64,000 nt of DNA, from NCBI GenBank assembly GCA_965226885.1, contig CBDDEL010000010.1, forward strand, positions 160,001 through 224,000, in the 5' to 3' direction. Source of the stretch: Opitutales bacterium. Its GTDB lineage: Bacteria > Verrucomicrobiota > Verrucomicrobiia > Opitutales > UBA2987. The notes under the pieces were generated by a model that saw only the letters and a list, made by a program, of their open reading frames with translations, made no database searches and was not told the origin of the DNA. Shown here one piece after another: positions 20,403 to 30,834 of the stretch (position 1 is its first letter; each line of letters starts with the position of its first letter). The position numbers were made by a program, and so were the translations under genes.

Positions 20403-21741
20403 CGCCCTTCGGTGCTGGCCCGGCGCTTTTGCAATTGTCTGAACAGTGGTTCCTCCATCCGTTTTTTCAACTGCTTCGGATCGCGTGGACAGAGCGCGTC
20501 GTAGATTCCCTCCTGGGCTAACTGCCGGCGGGCCCGCTGGGAGGCAAATCCCCGGTCCGCGCACATGGCCGCTATGGGTTCTTCCAGGTTGAAGCGGTTC
20601 TGTCTTTGCAAACTCTCTTGCATTTGTTCATTTTCGCTTGGAGTTCGGCTGCCGTAGAGTTTCCAGTCCAGCAGGTACCCTTCAACGCTTTCTCCCAAAA
20701 ACAGGGTGTTGCCGAACTCGACCTCTTGGCCCGCTTTACCTCGCACAATCACCTGCCCATCGAGTTCGTAAACACTCAAGACTTTCTCTGCGTTTTTCAC
20801 CTGGCGGCCGCCAATGATCCGCTCGTGTGCCTGTTTGATGACCACCGGGATTTGCTCGCTCATGCGCTCCATCCGGGCGAGGATCTGTTGGACCTGTTTT
20901 TCGCTGTAATCGCTTTGCTCCCAGCAGGCTTGCAATAATTCCCGGTGACTGCGGGCATGCTCCCCGATCCGTTTGAGCAGCTTTTTCATCTGCCTCAAGA
21001 TACCCTTGCGCTGCCGCGCGCTGTCCTTTCGCCGCCGGCTGTGGGTCATCTGTATGCACAGCCGATTCATCTGCCGAGCCAAGGGCTCCGGTTCGATCGG
21101 CATGCGATGGCGCACACCGGCCTTCTCGCGGATCAGCCGGATCGCTTTGAGCAACGTGCCGGCTACATCCTTGAGTAATACCCAGTCCGTCGGCCAATGA
21201 ATGTTAGCCTCCAAACAGGTGCCGTCGATCAGGCAAATGGTGGGGTCAATCGGCTTGTCCAATCCCACCTGCCGGGCCAGAAGGGCATCGCCCACCACCT
21301 CAGTCAAGGTCCGGTGCAAGGCCCTCAACTGCTCTTCGCTGAAAAACTTCGAGGCCCGCTCCAGGGTGCTTTTGGAGATGCCCCTGATGCCATCGATCTG
21401 CCGGACACGGCAAAAGTCGGCCAACAGATCGCTGCTGCCCAGAGCCCGCGACAAATGCCGAAACGAAATCCCTCCGAGCAGACGGCCCAGCGTATCCATG
21501 CGCAGTGCCTTGATGGCAAAACTGGCCCGCTGCCGCCGGGCCTTTAGACCCATTGGCGGCCACCCCTCCAAGGCCAGCTCAATGGCCTGCGATTCCACCT
21601 CCGAGTCGATCAGCAGCCGATCGATTCGATCAATGGTGGCGCGGAAGTTATCGTAATCGAGGCACCGTGTAAACGCCGGGGAAAAACCGGTACGGTAAAG
21701 AGGGCGCTTTAAAACCGGTACGCTTATCCTAGAAAGGAGGA

Positions 21742-23247
21742 GTGTATCGAGATATGAAGCAATGGACAAGAGTGCGGCACAAAGTGCTGCGGGACAAGCA
21801 GAGCAAGCGCTCTGTAATGCGAGAAGAGGGACTGCACTGGGAGACCCTGGGAAAGATGCTGGCCTATTCCCAGCCGCCGGGATACCGGCGCAAGAAGAGG
21901 CGAGAGCGCAAGATCGATCCGTATGTGGGCTGGATCGAGGAGGTGCTCAAAGCGGACCGGAACGTGCCCAAGAAGCAGCGCCATACGGCCAAACGGATCT
22001 ACCAGCGTTTGGGTCGGGAGAAGGGCTACCAAGGGGGCTACACGGCGGTCAAGGAGGTGGTGGCCGAGCTGCGAGCGAGGCGGCGGGAAGTGTTCGTGCC
22101 GCTGGAGCACCGCCCCGGGGAGGGACAGGTGGACTTCGGTCATGCCCTGGTGAAGGAGGCGGGGCAATTGCGTAGGCGGCCATTTTTTGCCATGAGCCTG
22201 CCCTACAGCGATGCCTTTTTCGTGCAGGTGTTCGAACGGGAGTGCACGGAGAGCTTCTGGGAGGGGCACCTGCGAGCTTTTGAGTTTTTCGGGGCGGTGC
22301 CCCGGCGCATCAGCTATGACAACTCGAAGGTGGCGGTGGGTAAGATTATCGGTTCGCGTGAACGCAAGCTGACCGACGGGTTTCTGCAGCTACAGAGCCA
22401 TTACCTGTTCGAGGAACACTTCTGTCTGCCCGCCCGGCCCAACGAGAAGGGCGTGGTCGAGGGGATCGTGCGTTATGCCCGGGCCAACTTCCTGGTACCG
22501 GTACCGCAGGTTCGGGACCTGGAGGAACTCAACGCAAAGCTGTTGGAGGCATGTGAGCGGGACATGGAGCGTAAATTACGCGGGAAAAGGGCGGTGAAAA
22601 AGGAACTGCTGGCCGAGGAGCGCGCCGTCATGCTGGCGTTGCCGCCCATACCCTTTGAAGCGAGCCGCAAACGCTCGACCTGCGTCAGCAGCCTCTCGCT
22701 GGTGCGCTTCGAGTGCAACGACTATTCGGTGCCGGTGCGCTGCGCCCACCATCCGGTGGTGGTGGAAGGGTCCTGTCGGCAGGTGGTGATCTTCTGTGGG
22801 GGCCAAGAGGTGGCCCGGCACCGCCGCATTTGGGATAAAGAGCAAGTCTCTTTCGAGCCGGTGCACTACCTGGCTTTGCTGGAGAAAAAACCGGGCGCTT
22901 TGGACTTCGCCCGCCCACTCTCGGGCTGGCAGTTGCCGCAGTGCCTGCAGGTCCTCAGACGCCGGCTCGAAAGCCAATGCGGGGGCGAAGGCACCCGGGA
23001 GTATATCCGGGTGCTGCGGCTGTTGGAGAAACACCCCATGGCGGCCTTGCAGCAGGCCGTCGTCTCGGCCCTGCGGGTGGGGGGACTGACTCGTGAGGCC
23101 ATCGCCCAGTATCTCTATCCTCAGGAAGACTACGGGAGCAGAACCTTCCGGCTGGACGGCCATCCACACCTGCGTCACGTCCGTGTGGCCGCCCCTGACC
23201 TCGGTGCCTACAGCGAACTGCTCAAGATTCCAGGAGGGGCTTTATGA
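21742..23247 (+). CDS. istA: IS21 transposase IstA
   Basis: Same protein as 7166-8671. Confidence 0.95.
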   Translation: MYRDMKQWTRVRHKVLRDKQSKRSVMREEGLHWETLGKMLAYSQPPGYRRKKRRERKIDPYVGWIEEVLKADRNVPKKQRHTAKRIYQRLGREKGYQGGYTAVKEVVAELRARRREVFVPLEHRPGEGQVDFGHALVKEAGQLRRRPFFAMSLPYSDAFFVQVFERECTESFWEGHLRAFEFFGAVPRRISYDNSKVAVGKIIGSRERKLTDGFLQLQSHYLFEEHFCLPARPNEKGVVEGIVRYARANFLVPVPQVRDLEELNAKLLEACERDMERKLRGKRAVKKELLAEERAVMLALPPIPFEASRKRSTCVSSLSLVRFECNDYSVPVRCAHHPVVVEGSCRQVVIFCGGQEVARHRRIWDKEQVSFEPVHYLALLEKKPGALDFARPLSGWQLPQCLQVLRRRLESQCGGEGTREYIRVLRLLEKHPMAALQQAVVSALRVGGLTREAIAQYLYPQEDYGSRTFRLDGHPHLRHVRVAAPDLGAYSELLKIPGGAL

Positions 23248-24011
23248 AGGAAGAAAAAAACCAGCTGCTGTTACACCATCACCTCAAGAAACTGAAGTTG
23301 CCCACCATCCTGCGCGAATGGCCGGCGGTGGCCGCGGCTTGTTCCCGGGACCGGCTCGATTACGCCGCCTTTTTGTTGCATCTGGTCGAACGGGAGCTCA
23401 TTGAACGCGAACAGCGGGCCGCCCAGCGGCGGATCAAAAACGCCCGTTTCCCCGTGCTCAAGACCCTCGAGAGCTTCGCCTTTGAAGCGCAGCCCTCGCT
23501 CAACGAAGCGCTCATCCGAGAGCTCATGCGCGGGGAGTATGTCGACCAGCGCGAAAACGTGCTGCTCCTCGGTAACGCCGGTACCGGTAAAACGCACCTG
23601 GCCACCGCCCTGGGCTTTGCCGCCTGTGCCCAGGGCCGGCGGATCCGTTTCTTCGGGGTCACCGCCCTGGTTACCCATATGCTCGAGCAACGCGACAACC
23701 ACGACCTGCAGCGCTTCATGAAGCAACTCGAAAGGCTCGACCTACTCATCCTCGACGAACTCGGTTACGTCCCTTTTTCCAAGACCGGTTCCGAACTGCT
23801 CTTCGACGTGGTCAGCCGCGCTTACGAGCGCACCAGTCTCATCGTCACCACCAACCTGCCCTTTGAGAACTGGATCGAAGTGCTCGGTTCCGAACGGCTC
23901 ACCGGAGCTCTGCTGGACCGACTCACCCATCGGGTGCATATCCTCGAAGCCAACGGGCAAAGCTACCGCTTGCGCGATGCTCGACGCCGTCGCCGTGGCA
24001 CAAAACAATAA
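23244..24011 (+). CDS. istB: IS21 helper ATPase IstB
   Basis: One residue different from 6402-7169. Confidence 0.95.
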   Translation: MKEEKNQLLLHHHLKKLKLPTILREWPAVAAACSRDRLDYAAFLLHLVERELIEREQRAAQRRIKNARFPVLKTLESFAFEAQPSLNEALIRELMRGEYVDQRENVLLLGNAGTGKTHLATALGFAACAQGRRIRFFGVTALVTHMLEQRDNHDLQRFMKQLERLDLLILDELGYVPFSKTGSELLFDVVSRAYERTSLIVTTNLPFENWIEVLGSERLTGALLDRLTHRVHILEANGQSYRLRDARRRRRGTKQ

Positions 24012-24820
24012 ACGCCTTGGGCCCGGCTCGTCGGCCTCCGGCCTCCTCACCGACCCCAAGCCAATCCCCAAAACCAACTCCCAAACCCTAAACCTTGACG
24101 TACCTGCAATTACTAACCTAAACCTTATTCCAAGCGTACCGGTTTTACCCCGACCCCCGTACCGGTTTCATCCCGGCGTTTACAGCACCGGTCGACCACA
24201 GTTAAAGCTGGACGCAGGAGGCATTGGATGGCTATATTTTTCATAGAACATAGAAAGGGCTATATTGATTTTCGCTAACTCAATTATAGAACCCTTTTTT
24301 GGCCGGATCGAGCAAAAACTTGCTCTTTCCGGCTCTTTTTATCAACGTCATCCAGTTGACTATAAAATCTTTATATTTTTGGGACAGCCTCTAACTAGAG
24401 GCTGTCCCAAAAGGGTGATTTTTGCGAGGGCTTTTGATAGGCGCTCATTTTAGAGGTATTTGCATTTGGGAGAGTATCAACTTTGCTCTCCTATGACGTT
24501 AGGATACTGGTTTTGGGGTCCGGTTGCCTGGTTTTCTTTGTATGAGCCGACAGTAAGGCTGTGAAAAAGTATTGTCCTTGCTTTTCCGCTCTCTAGGCCG
24601 CCGCTTTGGTTTTTAGTTCGTCTTGCTGGGCCAGCATCTTGGCTACTTTCCATAGGTTGTGCGAGAGTACCGACCAGGCTACGCTGATCGAGCGGTTGGC
24701 AAAGCCTTTGCTGCGCAACCGCCCGGCCTGCCAGCGATTCTTCAATACCCCGATCCGCCCTTCGGTGCTGGCCCGGCGCTTTTGCAATTGTCTGAACAGT
24801 GGTTCCTCCATCCGTTTTTT

Positions 24821-25622
24821 GGTAGTGTATTAAGTAGGAATGGTGGCTAATTCTTGATTATATTGATGAATGAAAAGTCTCAGACAGGTTTCATGCATAC
24901 TCTTAAGCTTGGAAAAGGAGAGGGTTTTGCGTGTGAAACGACCCAGTCGTTGGCGCAGGGTATTGTTCCATCGTTCCACATGGGCCGTTTCACCGGTTTC
25001 TTTTCCCACGGATCGGTTATGAGGAAAGACTTCATCATAAGTGCCCCAAAAGTCGCTGTAGGTGGCACATCTTTTGTAGGCCCGTGGCAGACGCTCGTAA
25101 AGTTCCCGGCAACAATACCAATCCCGAGGCCCAATGGCATAGGAGAGGATTTGACGGGTGCGTCGGCAAAGAGCGATCCAAACCCATTGGGCATCGCTCT
25201 TGCGCCCCACAAAAGACCACAGTTCGTCCAGTTCAATGACATCATGGCGGCGGGCCGCAAGAATCGTGCTTTTGAGCGGTCGCAGCGATTGTCGTTTTTT
25301 TTAACCAACTCAAAACGGTGTTGGGACTCACCCCGAAGGCGCGCTGTAAACCGCGTAGACTGCTGCGTTCCTGATAGACTCGAAGGATCATTTCTTTTTG
25401 CTCTTCGGTGTATTTCACTGTGGGGTTTTCGCGGCTTTGTTTACCACAATCATGGCAGCGGTAGCGCTGTTTATGGTTGGGCGTCTTGCCAAATTTAATG
25501 ATATTTTCACTTCCACAGTGCCGACAATTAATAATTTTAGTAACCATGCACTAAGAATAAACTGCCTAACGCTATTTGTACAGCTAAAAATACAAAATAA
25601 CATTCTTTTTTTATACACTACC
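24821..25622 (-). mobile_element. IS1-family type A
   Basis: Both IRs; 8-bp TSD CGTTTTTT. Confidence 0.95.
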
Positions 25623-26709
25623 CGTTTTTTCAGCTGCTTCGGATCGCGTGGACAGAGCGCGTCGTAGATTCCCTCCTGGGCTAACTGCCGGCGGGCCCGC
25701 TGGGAGGCAAATCCCCGGTCCGCGCACATGGCCGCTATGGGTTCTTCCAGGTTGAAGCGGTTCTGTCTTTGCAAACTCTCTTGCATTTGTTCATTTTCGC
25801 TTGGAGTTCGGCTGCCGTAGAGTTTCCAGTCCAGCAGGTACCCTTCAACGCTTTCTCCCAAAAACAGGGTGTTGCCGAACTCGACCTCTTGGCCCGCTTT
25901 ACCTCGCACAATCACCTGCCCATCGAGTTCGTAAACACTCAAGACTTTCTCTGCGTTTTTCACCTGGCGGCCGCCAATGATCCGCTCGTGCGCCTGTTTG
26001 ATGACCACCGGGATTTGCTCGCTCATGCGCTCCATCCGGGCGAGGATCTGTTGGACCTGTTTTTCGCTGTAATCGCTTTGCTCCCAGCAGGCTTGCAATA
26101 ATTCCCGGTGACTGCGGGCATGCTCCCCGATCCGTTTGAGCAGCTTTTTCATCTGCCTCAAGATACCCTTGCGCTGCCGCGCGCTGTCCTTTCGCCGCCG
26201 GCTGTGGGTCATCTGTATGCACAGCCGATTCATCTGCCGAGCCAAGGGCTCCGGTTCGATCGGCATGCGATGGCGCACACCGGCCTTCTCGCGGATCAGC
26301 CGGATCGCTTTGAGCAACGTGCCGGCTACATCCTTGAGTAATACCCAGTCCGTCGGCCAATGAATGTTAGCCTCCAAACAGGTGCCGTCGATCAGGCAAA
26401 TGGTGGTGTCAATCGGCTTGTCCAATCCCACCTGCCGGCCCAGAAGGGCATCGCCCACCACCTCAGTCAAGGTCCGGTGCAAGGCCCTCAACTGCTCTTC
26501 GCTGAAAAACTTCGAGGCCCGCTCCAGGGTGCTTTTGGAGATGCCCCTGATGCCATCGATCTGCCGGACACGGCAAAAGTCGGCCAACAGATCGCTGCTG
26601 CCCAGAGCCCGCGACAAATGCCGAAACGAAATCCCTCCGAGCAGACGGCCCAGCGTATCCATGCGCAGTGCCTTGATGGCAAAACTGGCCCGCTGCCGCC
26701 GGGCCTTTA

Positions 26710-27841
26710 TACCAAATCGCAAAAGGATTGATAAAGATTAAAAAACAGCTATAAAGGCGGAATGAGAAGATATATGGGAACCGATGAAGACCGTGAACGT
26801 ATCAAGAAATTGCTCAACAAAGAGGCTGTCGGCTGGCGTAAAGAGCGTTTGGTGGCATTAAAAATGGGCTTCCAGCCGCACCACAGCATTGATGAAATTG
26901 GAGCCATCGTGGGCCGAGGCAAAGCGACGATCCAGCGTTGGTTTGACAAATATCGTGCTGCAGGGCTCGGGGCGGTGCTTACACGCGCCTACAAAGGCGG
27001 GATCAAAAGCCGTTGCGACAAAGAGGTGGAGGCCTTCTTGCTCAATGGTTTGAAGGTCGCGCGCTGGAACACAGCCGTTCAGGCGGGGCAAGAGCTGGAG
27101 CGACATTTCGGGCGCTCCTTCGCCTACAAGACGGTGTGGCGATGGCTAAAAAAATGCGCCGGGGTGCTTCGAGTCCCTCGCCCCGTGCATGAGAAACGGG
27201 ACTCGGCAAAAGCGGAAGCGTTCAAGCGAGACTTTTTTAAGATCCTCCAGGAGCTTTCCCTCACCCGAGGCAATCGGGTTCGGGTGTGGTTTGCCGATGA
27301 AAGCCGTTTTGGTTTGCTTCCGGTGTACCGCCGGTGCTGGACGCAAAGAGGGCTTCGGCCGCACAAAAAATATCAGACAAGATACCAGTGGAGCTACTGT
27401 TACGGAGCCCTCGACGTGGTCAACGGCGAGATGGTATGCATCCAAACCCCTAGCACGAATCTACAGTGGACGGAGGCTTTCCTCCAACAGATCAAAAAGC
27501 AATATCCTGAGGAGGAACATGTGGTTGTATGGGACGGGGCAGGCTTCCATCCGCACGACTCGGAGCACCCCAACGTCCCCCCGGGCATACATATCGTGAA
27601 TTTGCCGCCGTATAGTCCTGAACTCAACCCGATTGAAAGACTTTGGGATATGATACAGGATCAAACGGCCAACAAACTGTGGCCGAGCATTGAGCGACTC
27701 GAAGAAGTCGTCGCAACCCATCTCAAAGACTGGTGGGAGGACACTGAAAAAGTCCTCTCTTTAGTTGGCGGAGGCTGGCAGCACATTCAAGCAAACGCTT
27801 CTGCCAAATAACTTATTATCATACCTAATGAGATTTGGTAT
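26710..27841 (+). mobile_element. IS630-family element
   Basis: IRs TACCAAATC/GATTTGGTA; TA duplication in the host sequence CCTT-TA-GACCC. Confidence 0.92.
26762..27811 (+). CDS. IS630 transposase
   Basis: WFADESRFG, VWDGAGFH, LPPYSPELNPIERLW. Confidence 0.95.
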   Translation: MRRYMGTDEDRERIKKLLNKEAVGWRKERLVALKMGFQPHHSIDEIGAIVGRGKATIQRWFDKYRAAGLGAVLTRAYKGGIKSRCDKEVEAFLLNGLKVARWNTAVQAGQELERHFGRSFAYKTVWRWLKKCAGVLRVPRPVHEKRDSAKAEAFKRDFFKILQELSLTRGNRVRVWFADESRFGLLPVYRRCWTQRGLRPHKKYQTRYQWSYCYGALDVVNGEMVCIQTPSTNLQWTEAFLQQIKKQYPEEEHVVVWDGAGFHPHDSEHPNVPPGIHIVNLPPYSPELNPIERLWDMIQDQTANKLWPSIERLEEVVATHLKDWWEDTEKVLSLVGGGWQHIQANASAK

Positions 27842-28307
27842 TAGACCCATTGGCGGCCACCCCTCCAAGGCCAGCTCAATGGCCTGCGATTCCACCTCCG
27901 AGTCGATCAGCAGCCGATCGATTCGATCAATGGTGGCGCGGAAGTTATCGTCATCGAGGCACCGGTCGACCACAGTTAAAGCTGGACGCAGGAGGCATTG
28001 GATGGCTATATTTTTCATAGAAAGGGCTATATTGATTTTGATTTTCGCTAACTCAATTATAGAACCCTTTTTTGGCCGGATCGAGCAAAAACTTGCTCTT
28101 TCCGGCTCTTTTTATCAACGTCATCCAGTTGACTATAAAATCTTTATATTTTTGGGACAGCCTCTAGCTAATACGAATTAATAACGAATTAATACTTAAA
28201 ATGACTCAAGTTTCGCTTTTTATATTAAATACGCTATTTATCTGATTTTTTTAAATAATTTCCAAATGCCTGAGATTTGAGCATTTTCCGGGCAACCCTG
28301 TTTTTTC

Positions 28308-30221
28308 ATGAGACTACTCTTAACCAGCCAAATAGGTATTTTTTTCCTGATAGGTTCCCTGTCCGCCGGAGCACAATTGGATGTCGCAAATCCCATCCGG
28401 GAGGAGCTGGAAGCATTTGCCGATGCCTGGATGGCGGAAAAATTGGCCGTCAGCCATATCCCGGGCGCCGTTCTCGTGGTGGTGAAAGATGGAAGTTTTT
28501 TATTGGCCAAAGGTTTCGGCCTGGCCGATCTGGAATCGCAAATTCCCATGGATCCTGAAAAAACTATTCTGAGGGTCGCTTCCAATTCAAAATTGTTTAC
28601 TGCCACGGCCGTTATGCAAGTTCATGAGAAAGAGCTGGTGGACCTCAAAACCGATATTCGCGCTTATATCGAGCCTGCCTTGATGCGGTCCTACCCGACT
28701 CCTGTAAACCTGCACCAGCTCCTGACCCACAGCGCCGGAATCGGCGATAAACTTTTCGGCCAGACAGTTGCCATGGCGGAAGACCTGCTCCCTTTGGAAG
28801 CCTACCTGGAACAAGAATTGGCCCGGCCTTTGGCTCCACCCGGTTACTTTATCAACTATTCCAATCATGGCATATCCCTGGCGGCCCACGTGGTGGAAAA
28901 CGTATCGGGGCTCAATTTTGAAGAGTATTGCCGGAAAAATATCTTCGCTCCCCTGGGAATGGAGAACAGCACTTTTATACCGTCGGAACAACTCATGGGC
29001 AGAGCCGCCACCGGGTATAGATACCTGTTGGGCGGTTACCGTATCCTGCCCCTGGGCGGTTACCGTATCCTGCCCCTGAGACACTGGCGGCCCTATCCGT
29101 CTTCCTCTCTCGTCACAACCGGGTATGACATGGGGCGATTCATGATAGCGCACCTTGAGAATGGGTCCTTGAACTTGACCGGGGAGCCCCCAGGAAAGAT
29201 TTTTTCTGCCGCCACGGCGAAAATCATGCACCGCCGGCAATTCACCATGCACCCCAGAGTCCCCGGCATGGCATACGGCTTTTGGGAGATGGAAGCGAAC
29301 GGGAAACGCCTCTTATGGCACAGCGGCCACATGCCCGGCCATCGCACCGGGTTATTCCTCATAAAATCGGGAGGCCTGGGAATCTTTCTCAACAGCAATA
29401 CTGAATTTCGCCTTTTTGACCTGTTTATCGATGATTTTCTCGACCAGTTTTATCCCGCCCCGCCAGTTGACAGGGCTCATACGCCAAGCAGCGAAAACCT
29501 GAATCGCTATGCCGGAGCTTACCGGCACAATTGGCACCCGCGCAGAACCATCGGCAAAATTGTCGCCTTTCACGGAATTCAGGGACAGCAATTGAATGTA
29601 AAACCATCCGCGGACGGCAATTCTCTTCTCATCGACGGTAAAATGTATGACTGGACGGTCAAAAACCTCTTCAGGGAGGTCGGGGGCGATCAAATTGCCG
29701 CTTTTTGGGAGACGACAAGCGGTCGTCCAGTAATCCTTTATCAGGGTGGCATGCTCACCTATTACCGGTTAAGGTGGTATCAAAGGATAGAATTTCACCG
29801 GGTTCTCTCGGTTCTTCTAACGATCAATTTCATCGTTTGCCTGTTCATCTGGGTTCGCGCCCATAAAAGGGATGGATTCCATTTTTTTAACGGAAAATTC
29901 CCGCCGCCTTGGCAAATCGCCGCAATGAGCGCCGGATTAACCTGTGTTCTATACTTGGTCTTTGTCCTCTCAATATTGGTACTGTTGTCAGCCGGTGCCT
30001 ATAAAATGGTTCAGGAGATTCAGTTGCCGCTGAAAGTCATTCTGACCTTGCCATTGTTCAGCTGCGCCTCTTCGGCCATATTGTTCTGCTCGTTATTCGC
30101 CTCCTGGAATCTTGACTCCTTGAGCAGGAAAGAGAAAATTCTCTACACGGTCATACTTCTAAATTCGCTCGCCGCCCTCGGGTTTCTCAGCTATTGGAAA
30201 CTGCTGGGATACCGGTTCTAA
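28308..30221 (+). CDS. Serine hydrolase (class C beta-lactamase/PBP-like) with C-terminal membrane helices
   Basis: Signal peptide, ASNSK (SxxK), LLTHSAG, YSN, HSG; in-frame 24-bp duplication at 29031-29078. Confidence 0.88.
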   Translation: MRLLLTSQIGIFFLIGSLSAGAQLDVANPIREELEAFADAWMAEKLAVSHIPGAVLVVVKDGSFLLAKGFGLADLESQIPMDPEKTILRVASNSKLFTATAVMQVHEKELVDLKTDIRAYIEPALMRSYPTPVNLHQLLTHSAGIGDKLFGQTVAMAEDLLPLEAYLEQELARPLAPPGYFINYSNHGISLAAHVVENVSGLNFEEYCRKNIFAPLGMENSTFIPSEQLMGRAATGYRYLLGGYRILPLGGYRILPLRHWRPYPSSSLVTTGYDMGRFMIAHLENGSLNLTGEPPGKIFSAATAKIMHRRQFTMHPRVPGMAYGFWEMEANGKRLLWHSGHMPGHRTGLFLIKSGGLGIFLNSNTEFRLFDLFIDDFLDQFYPAPPVDRAHTPSSENLNRYAGAYRHNWHPRRTIGKIVAFHGIQGQQLNVKPSADGNSLLIDGKMYDWTVKNLFREVGGDQIAAFWETTSGRPVILYQGGMLTYYRLRWYQRIEFHRVLSVLLTINFIVCLFIWVRAHKRDGFHFFNGKFPPPWQIAAMSAGLTCVLYLVFVLSILVLLSAGAYKMVQEIQLPLKVILTLPLFSCASSAILFCSLFASWNLDSLSRKEKILYTVILLNSLAALGFLSYWKLLGYRF

Positions 30222-30279
30222 ACCAAAAGGATTTCATTGCCATATTGTAGCGGGTGAGATAGCCAAAGAAAAATTAACG

Positions 30280-30735
30280 ATGCCTGAACCAAGTCCACAG
30301 GAAATCGAGGATTATCTGCACGAGCAGATACCGGTGACCCGTTTCATGGGCATTCGCCTTGTTTCGCGCAGTTCGCATGAAATCCGTTTCAGCGCCCCCT
30401 TGGAACCTAATTTAAACCACCGTCAAACCGCATTTGGGGGTAGCATCGCCACCATGGGCATCCTGGCCGGCTGGGCCTTCATTCATTTTAATTTGCAAGA
30501 AATGGGTTTGCCTAGCCGACTGGTCATCAAGAAAAGCACAATCGATTTCATGGAACCGATAACCGGTCAATTCGAGGCTTCCTGCGAGGCGCCGGATCCC
30601 CAGAAATGGAAAATTTTTCTCGAAAATTTAAAACAATATAAAATGGCACGCCTCAATCTCGTTTCCAATTTATACTTTCAGGAAAAAATTACAGGGTGCC
30701 ACCACGGGATTTACGTTGCCCGGCTAGATCGCTGA
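30280..30735 (+). CDS. YiiD-like hotdog-fold thioesterase domain protein
   Basis: IPVTRFMGI...APLEPNLNHRQTAFGGSI...LAGW. Confidence 0.85.
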   Translation: MPEPSPQEIEDYLHEQIPVTRFMGIRLVSRSSHEIRFSAPLEPNLNHRQTAFGGSIATMGILAGWAFIHFNLQEMGLPSRLVIKKSTIDFMEPITGQFEASCEAPDPQKWKIFLENLKQYKMARLNLVSNLYFQEKITGCHHGIYVARLDR

Positions 30736-30760
30736 CGGCTATATATATAATAGAAAAAGC

Positions 30761-30784
30761 GGTCAATGTTCATAATTCATATTT
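30761..30784 (-). repeat. Third, inverted copy of the 23-bp motif
   Basis: Reverse complement is AAATATGAATTATGAACATTGACC, 23/24 identical to 2185-2208. Confidence 0.8.
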
Positions 30785-30834
30785 TGCGTAGGCCTTCTCG
30801 CCTCGTGACCTTGGGGATTATGGGGTGTCAGGTT

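Larger units (their letters stand above)
21668..24184 (+). mobile_element. IS21-family element copy 2, 2517 bp
   Basis: IRs TGTAAACGCCGGG; 6-bp TSD GCACCG. Confidence 0.96.
20403..24391 (-). mobile_element. IS5/ISNCY-like element copy 1, 3'-truncated and interrupted by IS21
   Basis: Matches 34885-36701; IR TTTTGGGACAGCCTC ends at 24391. Confidence 0.9.
24398..28164 (-). mobile_element. IS5/ISNCY-like element copy 2, interrupted by IS1-A and IS630
   Basis: IRs GAGGCTGTCCCAAAA at both ends; flanks TAACTA and TAGCTA. Confidence 0.92.

Noticed and set aside
20195..21769. 524-aa ORF, and the 435-aa ORF at 25415-26722, as novel fusion proteins
   Set aside because: Chance read-through across IS junctions into the broken IS5-like transposase.
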